Origin: Podarcis melisellensis
Lineage: Eukaryota
Strand: one strand, 5' to 3'
Length of the DNA: 64,000 nt
NCBI GenBank assembly: GCA_964234715.1
Contig: OZ174277.1
Shown in pieces: positions 1-10,342 of this stretch. Within the stretch, counting starts at the first letter, position 1, and every line of letters begins with the position of its first letter. Under the pieces are notes generated by a model. It was not told the origin of the DNA. It was given only the letters and a program-made list of their open reading frames with translations, and did not search any database. The position numbers and the translations under genes are program-made.

Positions 1-2808
1 GTTCTTATACCTTTCCCATGCCTCGATTATCGGCCCTCTAAAGATATGGTTACCAAACCCCTTATGTGCCTTCATTTTGTTCTTCCATAAGTAGGCATGC
101 CAGCCAAAGCAGTTGTCGAAGCCCTCCAGATCTAGTAGCTCCGTATTTTCTAGCTTGACCCAGTCCTTTAACCAGCTTAGGCATACAGCCTCATAATATA
201 GTTTTAGGTCTGGCAGGGCGAAGCCCCCCCTTTCCTTTACATCTGTTAAGAGTTTAAATTGTATTCTGGGTCTTCTGCCCTGCCATATAAACCTCGAAAT
301 TACCCTCTGCCATTCCTTAAAAATCCTATTCCCTTTTATTATAGGAATAGTCTGAAACAAAAACATTAATCTTGCTAGCACATTCATCTTGATTATGTTG
401 ATCCTTCCCCACATTGACAGTTTTAGTCGTCCCCATTTTTCCAAATCCTTCTTTATTCCCCTCCACATCGGCTCATAGTTGTTTTTAAAGAGATCTATAT
501 TTCTAGGTGTTAGCCAGATGCCGAGGTATTTAACTTTTTTGACCATCTCTATCTGTGATTGCTGTTGGATTGTTTCTATTGTCTTCGGATCTATATTTTT
601 ACATATCATTTTTGTTTTTGTCTTATTTAGTTTAAACCCGGCCACTTCTCCAAATAATTCTGCTTCCTTCAATATCTCTCCCACAGAGGTTTCTGGGTCT
701 TCTGTCATTACTACCAAATCGTCGGCGAAGGCCTTGGTCTTATACACATTCCGTCCTAGCTTTACTCCTCTAATATTCTCATTTTGTCTTATGGCGTTTA
801 AAAGGACTTCTAACACTGTTATAAATAGTAACGGGGAGAGCGGGCATCCTTGTCTTGTTCCCTTCCTTATCTTTATTTCCTCCGTTACCATATTATTTAC
901 GATCAGTTTGGCCCTCTGTTCTGTGTATATTGCCCTTACCCCATTAAGGAAGTCTTTGCCTACATTCATGTGTTCCAGGTTTCTCAACATAAAATTCCAT
1001 AGCACATTATCAAATGCCTTTTCGGCGTCAATGAACATCATTATAACTTGTTTATCAATCCTTACAGACAGGAATTCTAACATATCAATGATATTTCTTG
1101 TGTTGTCTCTCATCTGCCGGCCAGGTAAGAAGCCTGCCTGATCTGTGTGTATGATATCTGCTAATACATTCTTTAACCTTCTTGCCAGAATTCCTGCAAA
1201 TATCTTATAGTCTACATTCAGCAGTGAGATTGGTCTATAATTTTTGACTTGGGTCAGGTCTGCGTCCTGTTTGGGGATAAACGTGATGTATGCCTCCTTC
1301 CAAGTTTCTGGAATTTCTCCTTTCTTTAAGATGTTGTTCATAGTGTTTTTCAAGGGTCTTACTAGAATAGGTTTCAGTTCTTTATAATAGCTGGCAGTAA
1401 ATCCATCGGGGCCTGGTGCTTTGCCCCTCTTGAGATCTCTAATTACCTCCTCGATTTCCTCGTTTTCAATTGCTATGTTTAATCTTTGTCTCCCTTCCTC
1501 CGGGATTTTTTGTCCCCCTTTATCTTTCATGTATCTTTCTATTTTCCTTAAACCTACCTTTTCCTGGTCCTTATACAGGTTTCTATAATAATTAAGAAAC
1601 TCCCTTCTAATTCCTTTGGGGTCAGTTCTCTCCTCCCCCTCTATTATTATTTTGTTAATCGTCCCCTGTTCTTTCCTTTTTTTCGTTTGCCAGGCAAGCC
1701 ATTTGCCTGGCTTGTTCGCAAAGTCAAAGTTTCTTTGCCTAAGTCTTTTAATATTCCACTCTACTTCCTTGTTTATCATTGTAGCAAACTGGGTTTGTAG
1801 GATTTTTATTTTTTCTTTTGTTTTCAGACAATTGGGGTTTTGGGCTAGCTCTGATTCGTTTGTCATTATCTGTCTTAGAATTTCCTCTTTATTTTTCTCT
1901 CTGTTCCTGTTTTTGATTGCGCTTTGTTGAATGAAGTACCCTCTTATTACCGCTTTACTAGCATCCCATACTATATTGTCTTTTGTCCCTTTATCACAAT
2001 TCTCCTTAAAGTACTCTGACAATTCTTTTTTTGCCTTTTCCACCACCTTCTGATCATCTAACAAGTAATCTTTTAGTCTCCATCTAAATGTTCTTTTCTC
2101 TAAGCTTTCTAGTTCCATCTCTACTGGATTATGATCTGATATTACTTTCGGTCTTATCTCTATAGATTTAACTCTTGGACATAATTCCTTTGAGATCCAG
2201 ATCTGATCCAGTCGTGAGAGTGAGTGGTTAGGTTCCGAATAAAAAGTATATTGTTTCTCAAGAGGGTGTCTAAGACGCCATATATCCACTAAATTGTAGT
2301 TCTCCACCATAGAGAAGAAGGATTTTGGTAGTTTCCCTTCTTTACTTCCTCCATCTCTGCGTCTATCCATCTCCAGTGAAATAACCGCATTCATATCCCC
2401 CATTATGATTATTTTTTGATCTGCATACTCCATTAGTTTTTCTTCTAATCTTTCGAAAAATTCCGTTTTGCTACCATTCGGGGCGTAGATCCCGACTACC
2501 ATCATCCTTTCTCCTTGCCAATTGATGTTAACCCCTATCATCCTCCCCTCCTCGTCTTTAAACATTGTTTTGGCTTCTATTTTGCTACTGATATACAATA
2601 CCATCCCTCTTTTCTTTACCTTATCCAGTGTTTCAAATTCGTTCCCTAGCCGTTTATTAATCAGAACCTTTCTATGCTTTCTGGCCACGTGTGTCTCCTG
2701 GAGACAAATAATATCTAGATTTTTCTTTTTCAAACATTGCTCAATTTTATTTCTCTTTTTTTTGTCATTCATCCCATTGATGTTCCAATTCCAAATTTTT
2801 AATCCCAT
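1..2808 (-). CDS. L1 ORF2p (APE endonuclease plus reverse transcriptase), partial, apparently open to the window edge
   Basis: Begins MGLKIWNWNING...DIICLQETH (APE); contains GTRQGCPLSP and AFADDL (FADD at 718-729) in the same frame as the ATG; the last codons (...IIEAWERYKN) are also in frame. The ORF track lists no stop-terminated ORF in this frame. Confidence 0.9.
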   Translation of the reverse strand, partial: MGLKIWNWNINGMNDKKKRNKIEQCLKKKNLDIICLQETHVARKHRKVLINKRLGNEFETLDKVKKRGMVLYISSKIEAKTMFKDEEGRMIGVNINWQGERMMVVGIYAPNGSKTEFFERLEEKLMEYADQKIIIMGDMNAVISLEMDRRRDGGSKEGKLPKSFFSMVENYNLVDIWRLRHPLEKQYTFYSEPNHSLSRLDQIWISKELCPRVKSIEIRPKVISDHNPVEMELESLEKRTFRWRLKDYLLDDQKVVEKAKKELSEYFKENCDKGTKDNIVWDASKAVIRGYFIQQSAIKNRNREKNKEEILRQIMTNESELAQNPNCLKTKEKIKILQTQFATMINKEVEWNIKRLRQRNFDFANKPGKWLAWQTKKRKEQGTINKIIIEGEERTDPKGIRREFLNYYRNLYKDQEKVGLRKIERYMKDKGGQKIPEEGRQRLNIAIENEEIEEVIRDLKRGKAPGPDGFTASYYKELKPILVRPLKNTMNNILKKGEIPETWKEAYITFIPKQDADLTQVKNYRPISLLNVDYKIFAGILARRLKNVLADIIHTDQAGFLPGRQMRDNTRNIIDMLEFLSVRIDKQVIMMFIDAEKAFDNVLWNFMLRNLEHMNVGKDFLNGVRAIYTEQRAKLIVNNMVTEEIKIRKGTRQGCPLSPLLFITVLEVLLNAIRQNENIRGVKLGRNVYKTKAFADDLVVMTEDPETSVGEILKEAELFGEVAGFKLNKTKTKMICKNIDPKTIETIQQQSQIEMVKKVKYLGIWLTPRNIDLFKNNYEPMWRGIKKDLEKWGRLKLSMWGRINIIKMNVLARLMFLFQTIPIIKGNRIFKEWQRVISRFIWQGRRPRIQFKLLTDVKERGGFALPDLKLYYEAVCLSWLKDWVKLENTELLDLEGFDNCFGWHAYLWKNKMKAHKGFGNHIFRGPIIEAWERYKN

Positions 2809-2835
2809 AGTGCTTAATTTCTTCTTTTTTAGTCT

Positions 2836-3849
2836 TTATAATCCTCCTGTTTCTTGTGTATTCCCTAAGTCTCCCTCTTCTTCTTCTACCTCCTCCCCTG
2901 ATCCACTCCCCTCCTCCTCCTGATCCCCTGTCATTCTTGATTCTCCCGATTGGGCCCTCTCTGCTCTTCCTGTTTCATTTGTGTCTACTTTAAGTTCCTT
3001 ATATTTCCTGAGGAATTTCCCGGTCTCTTCTTGATTTACCAACTTATGTCTTTTCCCTCTATATATAAATGATATCCCTTCCGGGAATTCCCACCTAAAC
3101 TCAATCTTGTTCTTCTTCAATGTTTGCGCCAAGGGTTTATAAGAGTCTCTCCGTTTAAGTAGTCTAATTGGGACATCTTTAAAGATAATTATATAATTCC
3201 CATCTATGTTTAATCTCTTTTCTCTGTTCCTCTGGAGGATCAAATCTCTCATTTCTTTGTTTTTGAACGTAATCAAACAATCACCTGTGAGCTTCTTTGC
3301 TCTAGTTGCATTGACACGCATTCTAAATGCATTTAGTATGCTGTTGGCCATTTCCTCTATAGGTATACCCATCCAATCCGCTAACTCCTTCGTCAATCTT
3401 TCTTTTACATTTTCATTCTGTGTCTCCGGAATGGCCCTCAGCCTCAAATTCACCTCCCTCTGCCTTAATTCGTTCATCGCTATGGTATCCTTCATCTCTT
3501 CCTGTGTCTTACTTAGCTCCATCACTTCTAGTTTAATTTTTTCCTTATCTCTCTTTATGTCTCTCAACTCTACTTTAGTCTTTTTTAATCCTTCCTCTGC
3601 GAGCTGCGTCCTCCTAGATATTTCTTTTATTTGGCCCTTTAATTCGTTCACTGTTTCCTCCATTTTTTTATCCAATTTCCCAATTCTGTTATCCACTTGT
3701 TCTAATTTATGCTCTACATTAGCTTGGCTTTGTTTTATTTCCGCAAGCATCTTCAGAATCTCTGACTTAAAGTCTCCCTCCTGTTTGGAGCCTCTCCTCT
3801 CTCCTGGAGTTCCCCCGTTCGTTCCTTTCTTCCCCGTGAGTGACATCAT
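2836..3849 (-). CDS. L1 ORF1p (coiled coil, RRM, CTD; acidic tail), 337 aa
   Basis: Heptad-rich N-terminal half, NLRLRAIPE RRM entry, FKDVP...RR and FRWEFP CTD-like motifs; lies directly upstream of ORF2. Confidence 0.9.
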   Translation of the reverse strand: MMSLTGKKGTNGGTPGERRGSKQEGDFKSEILKMLAEIKQSQANVEHKLEQVDNRIGKLDKKMEETVNELKGQIKEISRRTQLAEEGLKKTKVELRDIKRDKEKIKLEVMELSKTQEEMKDTIAMNELRQREVNLRLRAIPETQNENVKERLTKELADWMGIPIEEMANSILNAFRMRVNATRAKKLTGDCLITFKNKEMRDLILQRNREKRLNIDGNYIIIFKDVPIRLLKRRDSYKPLAQTLKKNKIEFRWEFPEGISFIYRGKRHKLVNQEETGKFLRKYKELKVDTNETGRAERAQSGESRMTGDQEEEGSGSGEEVEEEEGDLGNTQETGGL

Positions 3850-4520
3850 GTACCCTTGTATCAGTCTTCCTTTTTACTATTCCTTTCTATCCCCAAATTA
3901 GTTTTTCTAGTACCTTCTAATGCTGGTACCTTCCTCTGTTTCTTTGCAATCCCGTCCTCCTTTCCAAAATTCACATTACATTTACATTACATTTACATTT
4001 GCATTCACATTAGCATTTACCTTTGTTGTCCCTGGTTACTTCTCAGGAACAATAACCAAAAGTCTTTATAATAGTCAGGGTCTCTTTTAGTCAATATCCC
4101 TTATAGCCAATAATCCCTAGTTATCAATGATTCCTGAGTCCAAATGCCCATATCCAATAGTCCACGGGCAGTGTTGTTGGTTTGTAATGTACTTGTGTCC
4201 ATCTGCGTCGTAACCCCAATTTCGCTTTATCCACACGTTACTTCCCATAAACGAATATTACTTCCCTTCCCCCCATCTATAGGTCCAGTTATTATTGATC
4301 CTATAGTCCAGTTGTTTTTAGTCCTGTGATCCTGTAGTTGGGCAGGGTTGGGTATTCGGTAAGGGAGGAGGGATGTTAAACAGTGGGGTATAGAAACAGA
4401 TACAGATACAAATACAAGTGGGGGGAGGGGGGGAGGAGGGGAGGAGGGGGGAGCAAGGGAGGGGGTAGTCGACTCACACCTACTCCATCTTGTTTCAGAA
4501 AGTCGCCGGGACCGCTCGCG

Positions 4521-6515
4521 TTAGCAGTACTAACTAACATGAAATTTGGCCCCAACTTCCTACAAATCCTCAAACAAATATACTCCCAAGCCTCAACAAA
4601 ATGCAGTACTAACAATATGGATTCTAATACTATAGCTATCCAAAGAGGCGCGAAACAAGGATGCCCACTGTCTCCCTTCTTATTTATCCTGGCTCTGGAA
4701 CCCTTAGCAATCCGCATCCAAGCAGCCACAGACATCAAGGGAGTGGAAATAAAAGGCAGAACCTATAAATTAGGGCTCTTTGCAGATGACCTAATGGTCA
4801 CAACACCAGACCCCATAAGCACAGCAACCTCCCTAATCAGAGAACTCAACACATTTGCAATGGTGTCGGGCCTACAGGTAAATTTTACAAAGTCAGCAGC
4901 TATGTGCTTTAACACCCCTCCTCACACCCAAAAAGAACTCACAAAGGTCACCAAAATAAAACTTTGCCACACCAAGTTCAGATACCTAGGGGTACAAATA
5001 ACCAGAAACCTCAATAAATTGTACCTCCACAACTACAAGCCCCTGTGGCGACAAATTAACAAAGACCTAAAGAGATGGAATAACACGAATTTCACTCTCT
5101 CAGACAAAACAGCCATGATCAAAATGATCACACTCCCAAAACTAACCTACCTATTCCAAACCCTCCCAATCTGGATCCCCTCAACCCAACTTCGCAGTTG
5201 GCAGAGAAAACTACACTCTTTCATCTTCTCACATAAAAAACCAAGAATAAGCTCCAAATACCTGCACCTCCCCACCTCAGAAGGAGGATGGGGAATCCCC
5301 AACATAGAAGCATATTACAATGCCAACCAAATACGCTATATAATCCCATATATACTAGAAGATGAGACAAAACAATGGGTACACCTAGAGAGGGACACAG
5401 TTGAAAATACCTGCACCACAGCATACCCACTCCTCCCAAACAAACTAAAGAAAATTCCCACAACACTTAACAGGTACACACAGACCATGCTCAAAGCATG
5501 GAAAACACAAATAGGTAAACTATCCCCAAGCCCATCCCCACTAATCCCCCTGGCGCACCACCCATTATTCTACCATGCAGCACAAAACCTCCAGACAAAA
5601 ACCTGGCGAACCAAAGGCTTATATCGCCTAATAGACTTTTATAAAAATAACAAACCCTTGTCAACACAAGAAATACAAGACAAACTAGAAGACACCCAAA
5701 TGACCTGGTTAACACAACACCAACTACATGCCCTCTTAAACAACCCAACAGTAAAATCAGCAGCAACTAGGCCCCTGACAACCTTCGAAAACCTCCTCCT
5801 AACAACAAAGGGAAACGGTAAAGGGACGGTATCCGCAATATACAAAATACTACTCCAAAATCCCGCAAATCCCCTAGACGCAATCAAAAAACAATGGGAG
5901 AATGACATAGGCTATGAGATTAACCCCACTCAATGGACCAGAATGTGGTCTAAACCCCCCTTTAAATCCATATCAACGAAAAGAAAAGAACTCACGCTGA
6001 AACTCACCTACAGGTGGTACCTAACACCAAGGAAACTAGCGCTAATACACCCAGGAACCTCACCAAAATGCTGGAGAGGGTGCACCTCCACAGGCACATA
6101 CCTCCACATGTGGTGGGAGTGTCCCAAAATCCAACTATTCTGGACAACAGCCATACAAGAAATATGTAAAATAACTAAGCAAGTAATAGACATCACCCCA
6201 GAATTGGCCCTACTAAACATCTTCCAAGACAACAATGTCCATTTACACCACAAAGAACTCATAACCCACCTGCTCTCAGCAGCCAGAAACATCATAACCA
6301 GACACTGGAGAGACCTGTCAGGAGTAAGCATGGACCAATGGTTCCAAATAGTATGGGAAACAGCCCTACTAGAAAAATTAACTAATAAACTGAAACTGAC
6401 ACGGGGACAAACAGAAGAAGACGCCTTCACCCCGGTATGGCTCCCCTTTATCACATACACAGCCCAACAGGACAATGACAATAATCCACCAACAGCATAC
6501 AAACAATATGGCTAA
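4521..6515 (+). CDS. L1 ORF2p fragment (RT and C-terminal zinc knuckle), 5'-truncated
   Basis: Part of the 710-aa ORF in the track. The L1-like sequence starts at LAVLTNMKFGPNF; the residues before it derive from the antisense of the family A 5' UTR. Confidence 0.85.
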   Translation, partial: LAVLTNMKFGPNFLQILKQIYSQASTKCSTNNMDSNTIAIQRGAKQGCPLSPFLFILALEPLAIRIQAATDIKGVEIKGRTYKLGLFADDLMVTTPDPISTATSLIRELNTFAMVSGLQVNFTKSAAMCFNTPPHTQKELTKVTKIKLCHTKFRYLGVQITRNLNKLYLHNYKPLWRQINKDLKRWNNTNFTLSDKTAMIKMITLPKLTYLFQTLPIWIPSTQLRSWQRKLHSFIFSHKKPRISSKYLHLPTSEGGWGIPNIEAYYNANQIRYIIPYILEDETKQWVHLERDTVENTCTTAYPLLPNKLKKIPTTLNRYTQTMLKAWKTQIGKLSPSPSPLIPLAHHPLFYHAAQNLQTKTWRTKGLYRLIDFYKNNKPLSTQEIQDKLEDTQMTWLTQHQLHALLNNPTVKSAATRPLTTFENLLLTTKGNGKGTVSAIYKILLQNPANPLDAIKKQWENDIGYEINPTQWTRMWSKPPFKSISTKRKELTLKLTYRWYLTPRKLALIHPGTSPKCWRGCTSTGTYLHMWWECPKIQLFWTTAIQEICKITKQVIDITPELALLNIFQDNNVHLHHKELITHLLSAARNIITRHWRDLSGVSMDQWFQIVWETALLEKLTNKLKLTRGQTEEDAFTPVWLPFITYTAQQDNDNNPPTAYKQYG

Positions 6516-6890
6516 CCTGATCCAAAACACCCACCCACCTCACTCACACACGAAAACAAAGATCACCACAGCCAATCACAAGCAAACAATCACACCCTAA
6601 GCCAACCCCAACCTCTCTCACCACCAAAGGAACACAAGTGAACAACACAAGCAACGCTGACACCAAACTCTACATACATTAAACATAATAGAAACACCTC
6701 CACCCGACCCCACGCCCATCCATCTTCCCTCCCTCCACCCCCTTTCTTTTTTCTTCTCCCCCTAATGCCTCAACAAATGGAACAGATTTGTAAAAACGTT
6801 ACATGGAAGAAGAAGAAAAAAAATACGAGGCACTACACTTCTGTAAAACAAGAAAATCCTTAATAAAATTTTTTAAAAAAATAAATAAAT
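4521..6890 (+). mobile_element. L1 LINE, family B: 3' part (RT C-terminal half, CCHC, 3' UTR, A-rich tail)
   Basis: GAKQGCPLSP, LFADD and CWRGC...HMWWECP motifs; AATAAA at about 6862 and an A-rich tail ending at about 6890. Confidence 0.92.
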
Positions 6891-7055
6891 ACAGTCATTA
6901 GTCACAAACAGAGGTTTGTGAGTACTCATCAGTGCAAGCATTTCTGCTGGCCTGATGGAACAACCTGCCCTCTCCTCCCCTTATGTGCTGTTCTGGGAGT
7001 TCTGTTGACCCCCAACCCCCAAGAAGAGTGGGGAAAAACCCCACTGGGCAGGGTT

Positions 7056-7603
7056 TGTTAACCGAATCTGACTATAAATAATCAAACCCCCTAAATAGTA
7101 AATCCAACGGCCTCACTCACAGTATTTCTCACATCTGAAAAACAGACGACAGTCGGTGCTGGAACCTGGAAGTAGATCCTGGAAATGGGGAGCACCCTGG
7201 AGATTCCTGGTCTGCGAGGAGACCCTTCCAAGAGCCCAAAGAGGAAATCCTCTTCAAGCTCTGTGGAGGGTCTCCTCGTGAGCAGAAGACCTCCCTGCTT
7301 AGCAGTTGATGTGTGAGGTAGCGCTGAAGCCACCGCTTTCTCACACGTCAGCTGTGCAAGCTACACTGCACCTCTGGCTTGAGCGGCTTCCTTGACAAGC
7401 TCCGCTGACATGCTGGGAAGAGGCTTCCCGACGTGGCTCAATGGAGCAGCAAAGCTGATTCAGGCGACTCCCCACCTTAGACATGTCCCTTCGGCTTCTG
7501 CGCAAGAGTCAGAAGGGCAGTCCAGCTCTGTGGACCAGCATAGCCGATGTGTAGGGAAGAAGGGTTTTTTAAAGAAAGGTTTTAAATGAGGAAGGCTGAG
7601 ACA
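7056..7603. mobile_element. Putative solo LTR
   Basis: TGT...ACA termini flanked by GGGTT/GGGAT (5-bp TSD, one mismatch); GC-rich non-coding interior. Confidence 0.45.
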
Positions 7604-7734
7604 GGGATTGTACAAGACTCCTAATCAAGGAGAAAAGTTGTCTGGTCTCAGGATATTGTGCAAATTAAGCCTCTAACTTTCACGACAATCCATAGCAGAC
7701 AACACATGAAAGCACCAGTCCACGTGTGCCTTAC

Positions 7735-7827
7735 CTTTGAACCCCTTTTGCCCTCGTGGTCCTGGGTAACCTTGGTTTCCTGGAGGACCAGGAAACCCTG
7801 GAAGACCCTTCACTGCAACAGAAGTAT
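7735..7827 (-). CDS. COL4A2: COL4A2 exon 21 (93 bp): (D)TSVAVKGLPGFPGPPGNQGYPGPRGQKGFK(G)
   Basis: ctacag| ... |gtaag; phase 1-1; Gly-X-Y repeats. Confidence 0.92.
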
Positions 7828-8510
7828 CTGTAGAATGGGATCATTTATTTATTAGATTTTGCAAATGTAACAAGAAGGAAAATAAAGCAACATCATTAGG
7901 TCATTTTAACAATAAACATAATCAATTAGTCCTGAATTAAATATGCAGTACGGGTCAATATAAGCAGTCCATATAATAGGTATCCAAACTAGATTGACTA
8001 TTATAATATGTAGAAAGGTCGGTGAGATCACCAGACCACTGAGTAGTAGATGGTGAGTATTTACTCTCCCAGTCTCAAAGTCTCTTTGCAAACACAGGGC
8101 TTTGAGGAATCCACTTTTGTCCATTTGTTAAGTCTCCAAATCATATGAATATAATTTAGAAGTATGTGGGCATCCACAGAAAGAAAAACACACAAAACAC
8201 TCCCACATAATCATCATTATTATTTATTAATTTATATATCGCCTCAAAGAAGCATTATCAGCATTGCATCACCAGCATCTATCTGAAATGGCCTTCCTTT
8301 AAAGGCACTGTGGAGTTCAATATGTCTGGAATATCCATTTTTGTTTATTCAATCTCAATTTTAAATCTCAAGAAAAATTATGGGAGGGGGGAATATTGTC
8401 CCCGCATGCATAAGTGACATCGAGTGGGGAGCATCCCACTTTAAGAGGGAGGGCATGTGTGGAGGAGTGAGAGAGGGACACCCAGGACCGCTGCCCAGTC
8501 TGTCCTGAGC

Positions 8511-8517
8511 CTGCTTG

Positions 8518-8549
<32 letters not shown>

Positions 8550-8550
8550 C
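8511..8550 (+). repeat. (GCCT)n microsatellite
   Basis: Direct reading of the sequence. Confidence 0.9.
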
Positions 8551-8675
8551 GGTGATTTGCCACCCAGGAATTGCTTACAACGAGGCCCTTTACTGTGCAG
8601 TTGGCGTTCATCTTTCTGACGGCGAAAATGTTTAGTTGGCCAATATTATCAAAGGCATAAAAGGTTGGTTGCAGG

Positions 8676-9113
8676 TGTGAGGGTATTGGCGCCGAGCTTT
8701 GGGTTTGTGTGGCGTTTAGGCATTGGAATAGCAATGTGTGTGGGAGGGCAGGTGCGACCATCACCTGCCCCTCCCGTGCTCAAGGGTATTCGTGCTCAAG
8801 GGTATTCCGTTAAAGAATCCTGGGGTGTGGATCTCGTCCAAAGCCCGGGGAGGGGCTAGGGCCATGCCACAACTCCAGCGGGAACCCAGGGGATGCTTGA
8901 GTCGATCCACATCGGCAGGGCTCCCCCTACTGGTGGCTTACCCTTACCAGACTCCCTGCAAGGAGGGAAGGAGTCAGATATAGTCAGTTGATGCCAATGC
9001 CACTCACATTCTGTAACCAATAAAGTTGTGGCCTAAATTTTGCCCATTAACATTAACCTAAAATTCTGTGTCCGTATGTCTTTATTCTCATGGGGTGGCT
9101 TGGGGCTTTGACA
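8676..9113 (+). mobile_element. Putative solo LTR (Gypsy-type)
   Basis: TGTGA...TGACA termini, AATAAA at about 9019, 16-bp internal tandem duplication at 8775-8806; the TSD is imperfect. Confidence 0.5.
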
Positions 9114-9159
9114 TGCAACAGTCCATGCAACCAGTACAAAACAGAAAAGCCTCTGAGAG

Positions 9160-9402
9160 ACAGTGTGCTGTAGTGGTTAAGAGCGGTGCACTCGTAATCT
9201 GGTGAACCGGGTTCGTGTCTCCGCTCCTCCGCATGCAGCTGCTGGGTGACCTTGGGCTAGTCACACTTCTCTGAAGTCTCTCAGCCCCACTCACCTCACA
9301 GAGTGTTTGTTGTGAGGGAGGAGGGGAAAGGAGATTGTTAGCTGCTTTGAGACTCCTTCGGGTAGTGATAAAGCGGGGTATCAAATCCAAATCCAAACTC
9401 CT
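9160..9402 (+). mobile_element. tRNA-derived squamate SINE (Squam3-like)
   Basis: A/B-box-like head (tgtagtggttaa...ggttcg); closely similar to copies at 59857-60102 and 62198-62438. Confidence 0.8.
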
Positions 9403-9560
9403 CTGCTTTAGGATTCATTACCAAGTGGAAAATTTAAAATTCTCACTGGTCTTTCAAATAGTTTCAAAATGCTTAAATAGGAAATTTCCCAGAATATTAT
9501 TGTCAGCACTATCATGTAACTTTTTAATGTTAATTACTTTTAAAAGTTCTGGGTTCCTAC

Positions 9561-9716
9561 CTGGACTTCCTGGAGGGCCAGGGACACCTGGTGATCCTTG
9601 TAATCCAGGATTGCCATCTAATCCTGGAGGACCTGGATAAACAGCTGCGAAACCTGGATCGCCAGTCAGGCCTTTGGGGCCCATTTCTCCAGGCAAACCT
9701 CTTCCCACAGAGTTAT
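9561..9716 (-). CDS. COL4A2: COL4A2 exon 20 (156 bp): (D)[51 protein letters not shown]
   Basis: tcag| ... |gtagg; [11 protein letters not shown] matches the alpha-2(IV) chain as recalled. Confidence 0.94.
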
Positions 9717-10342
9717 CTGAAATGAGAAAAGCAGGTAGGTATGCATTATTTTAAGAATGCTCTAGATAAAAAAAATGATATCATATGTCAAGGCTTCAAA
9801 TGTACTTCAAATACCTGTCAATGTACTTCAAATACCTGTCAACACCCAGACACTAAATCTTTGATCAGAATAGTAATAATAATAGAATAGGTAAACTAGG
9901 GTTTTCATTTACTCACAAAGGAAATAGAGAAGCGAAATGACTTGACCAAAGCCAAACTGCAAACAACAACTCAGTAACCCCAAAGTCAGTCCACAGCTCT
10001 CTCCAATGCCTCTGGGTTATATTTCTTTACCATGCAACTGCTACACAATCTTTTACAAAGATTAGCACTTAGCACTGTATTAGCACTTCAGAGATAACAT
10101 AATGTCCATTGGTCCTAGCTATAATTCAGCTGAAGCATTGTCTATTAACTAATAGTAAGTGCCTCTTTTTAAAAAAAAGAAAGTATAGATTGTGAATAAT
10201 GGTAGAATCATAGTTCTGTAAAGAACCAAAAGTCCAGATCCATTCCTAATGGGTACAGTGAGGTTAATTCCTACAAAAACAGAATGCAAAAGTGTTTTTC
10301 ATTATTTTTCTAAGTTAATCACTGCCTGAGCTGATATGAAGT

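Larger units (their letters stand above)
1..4520 (-). mobile_element. L1 LINE, family A: 5' UTR, ORF1 and ORF2, running off the left edge of the window
   Basis: ORF1 at 3849-2836, a 27-bp spacer, ORF2 ATG at 2808 with APE and RT motifs, and a YY1-like CAAGATGG near the 5' end (4485-4492). Confidence 0.93.

Noticed and set aside
479-3901. Plus-strand ORFs of 220, 104, 133 and 231 aa
   Set aside because: Antisense shadows of L1 ORF1 and ORF2; Ser/Leu/Phe-rich with no domain motifs.
4383-4520. Gly-rich N-terminus of the 710-aa ORF as a real protein start
   Set aside because: Starts at GTG and is the antisense of the low-complexity L1 5' UTR.
1-6890. A single L1 with a twin-priming inversion
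   Set aside because: Both parts encode the same RT segment with very different sequences, and the left element has its own ORF1 and 5' UTR.
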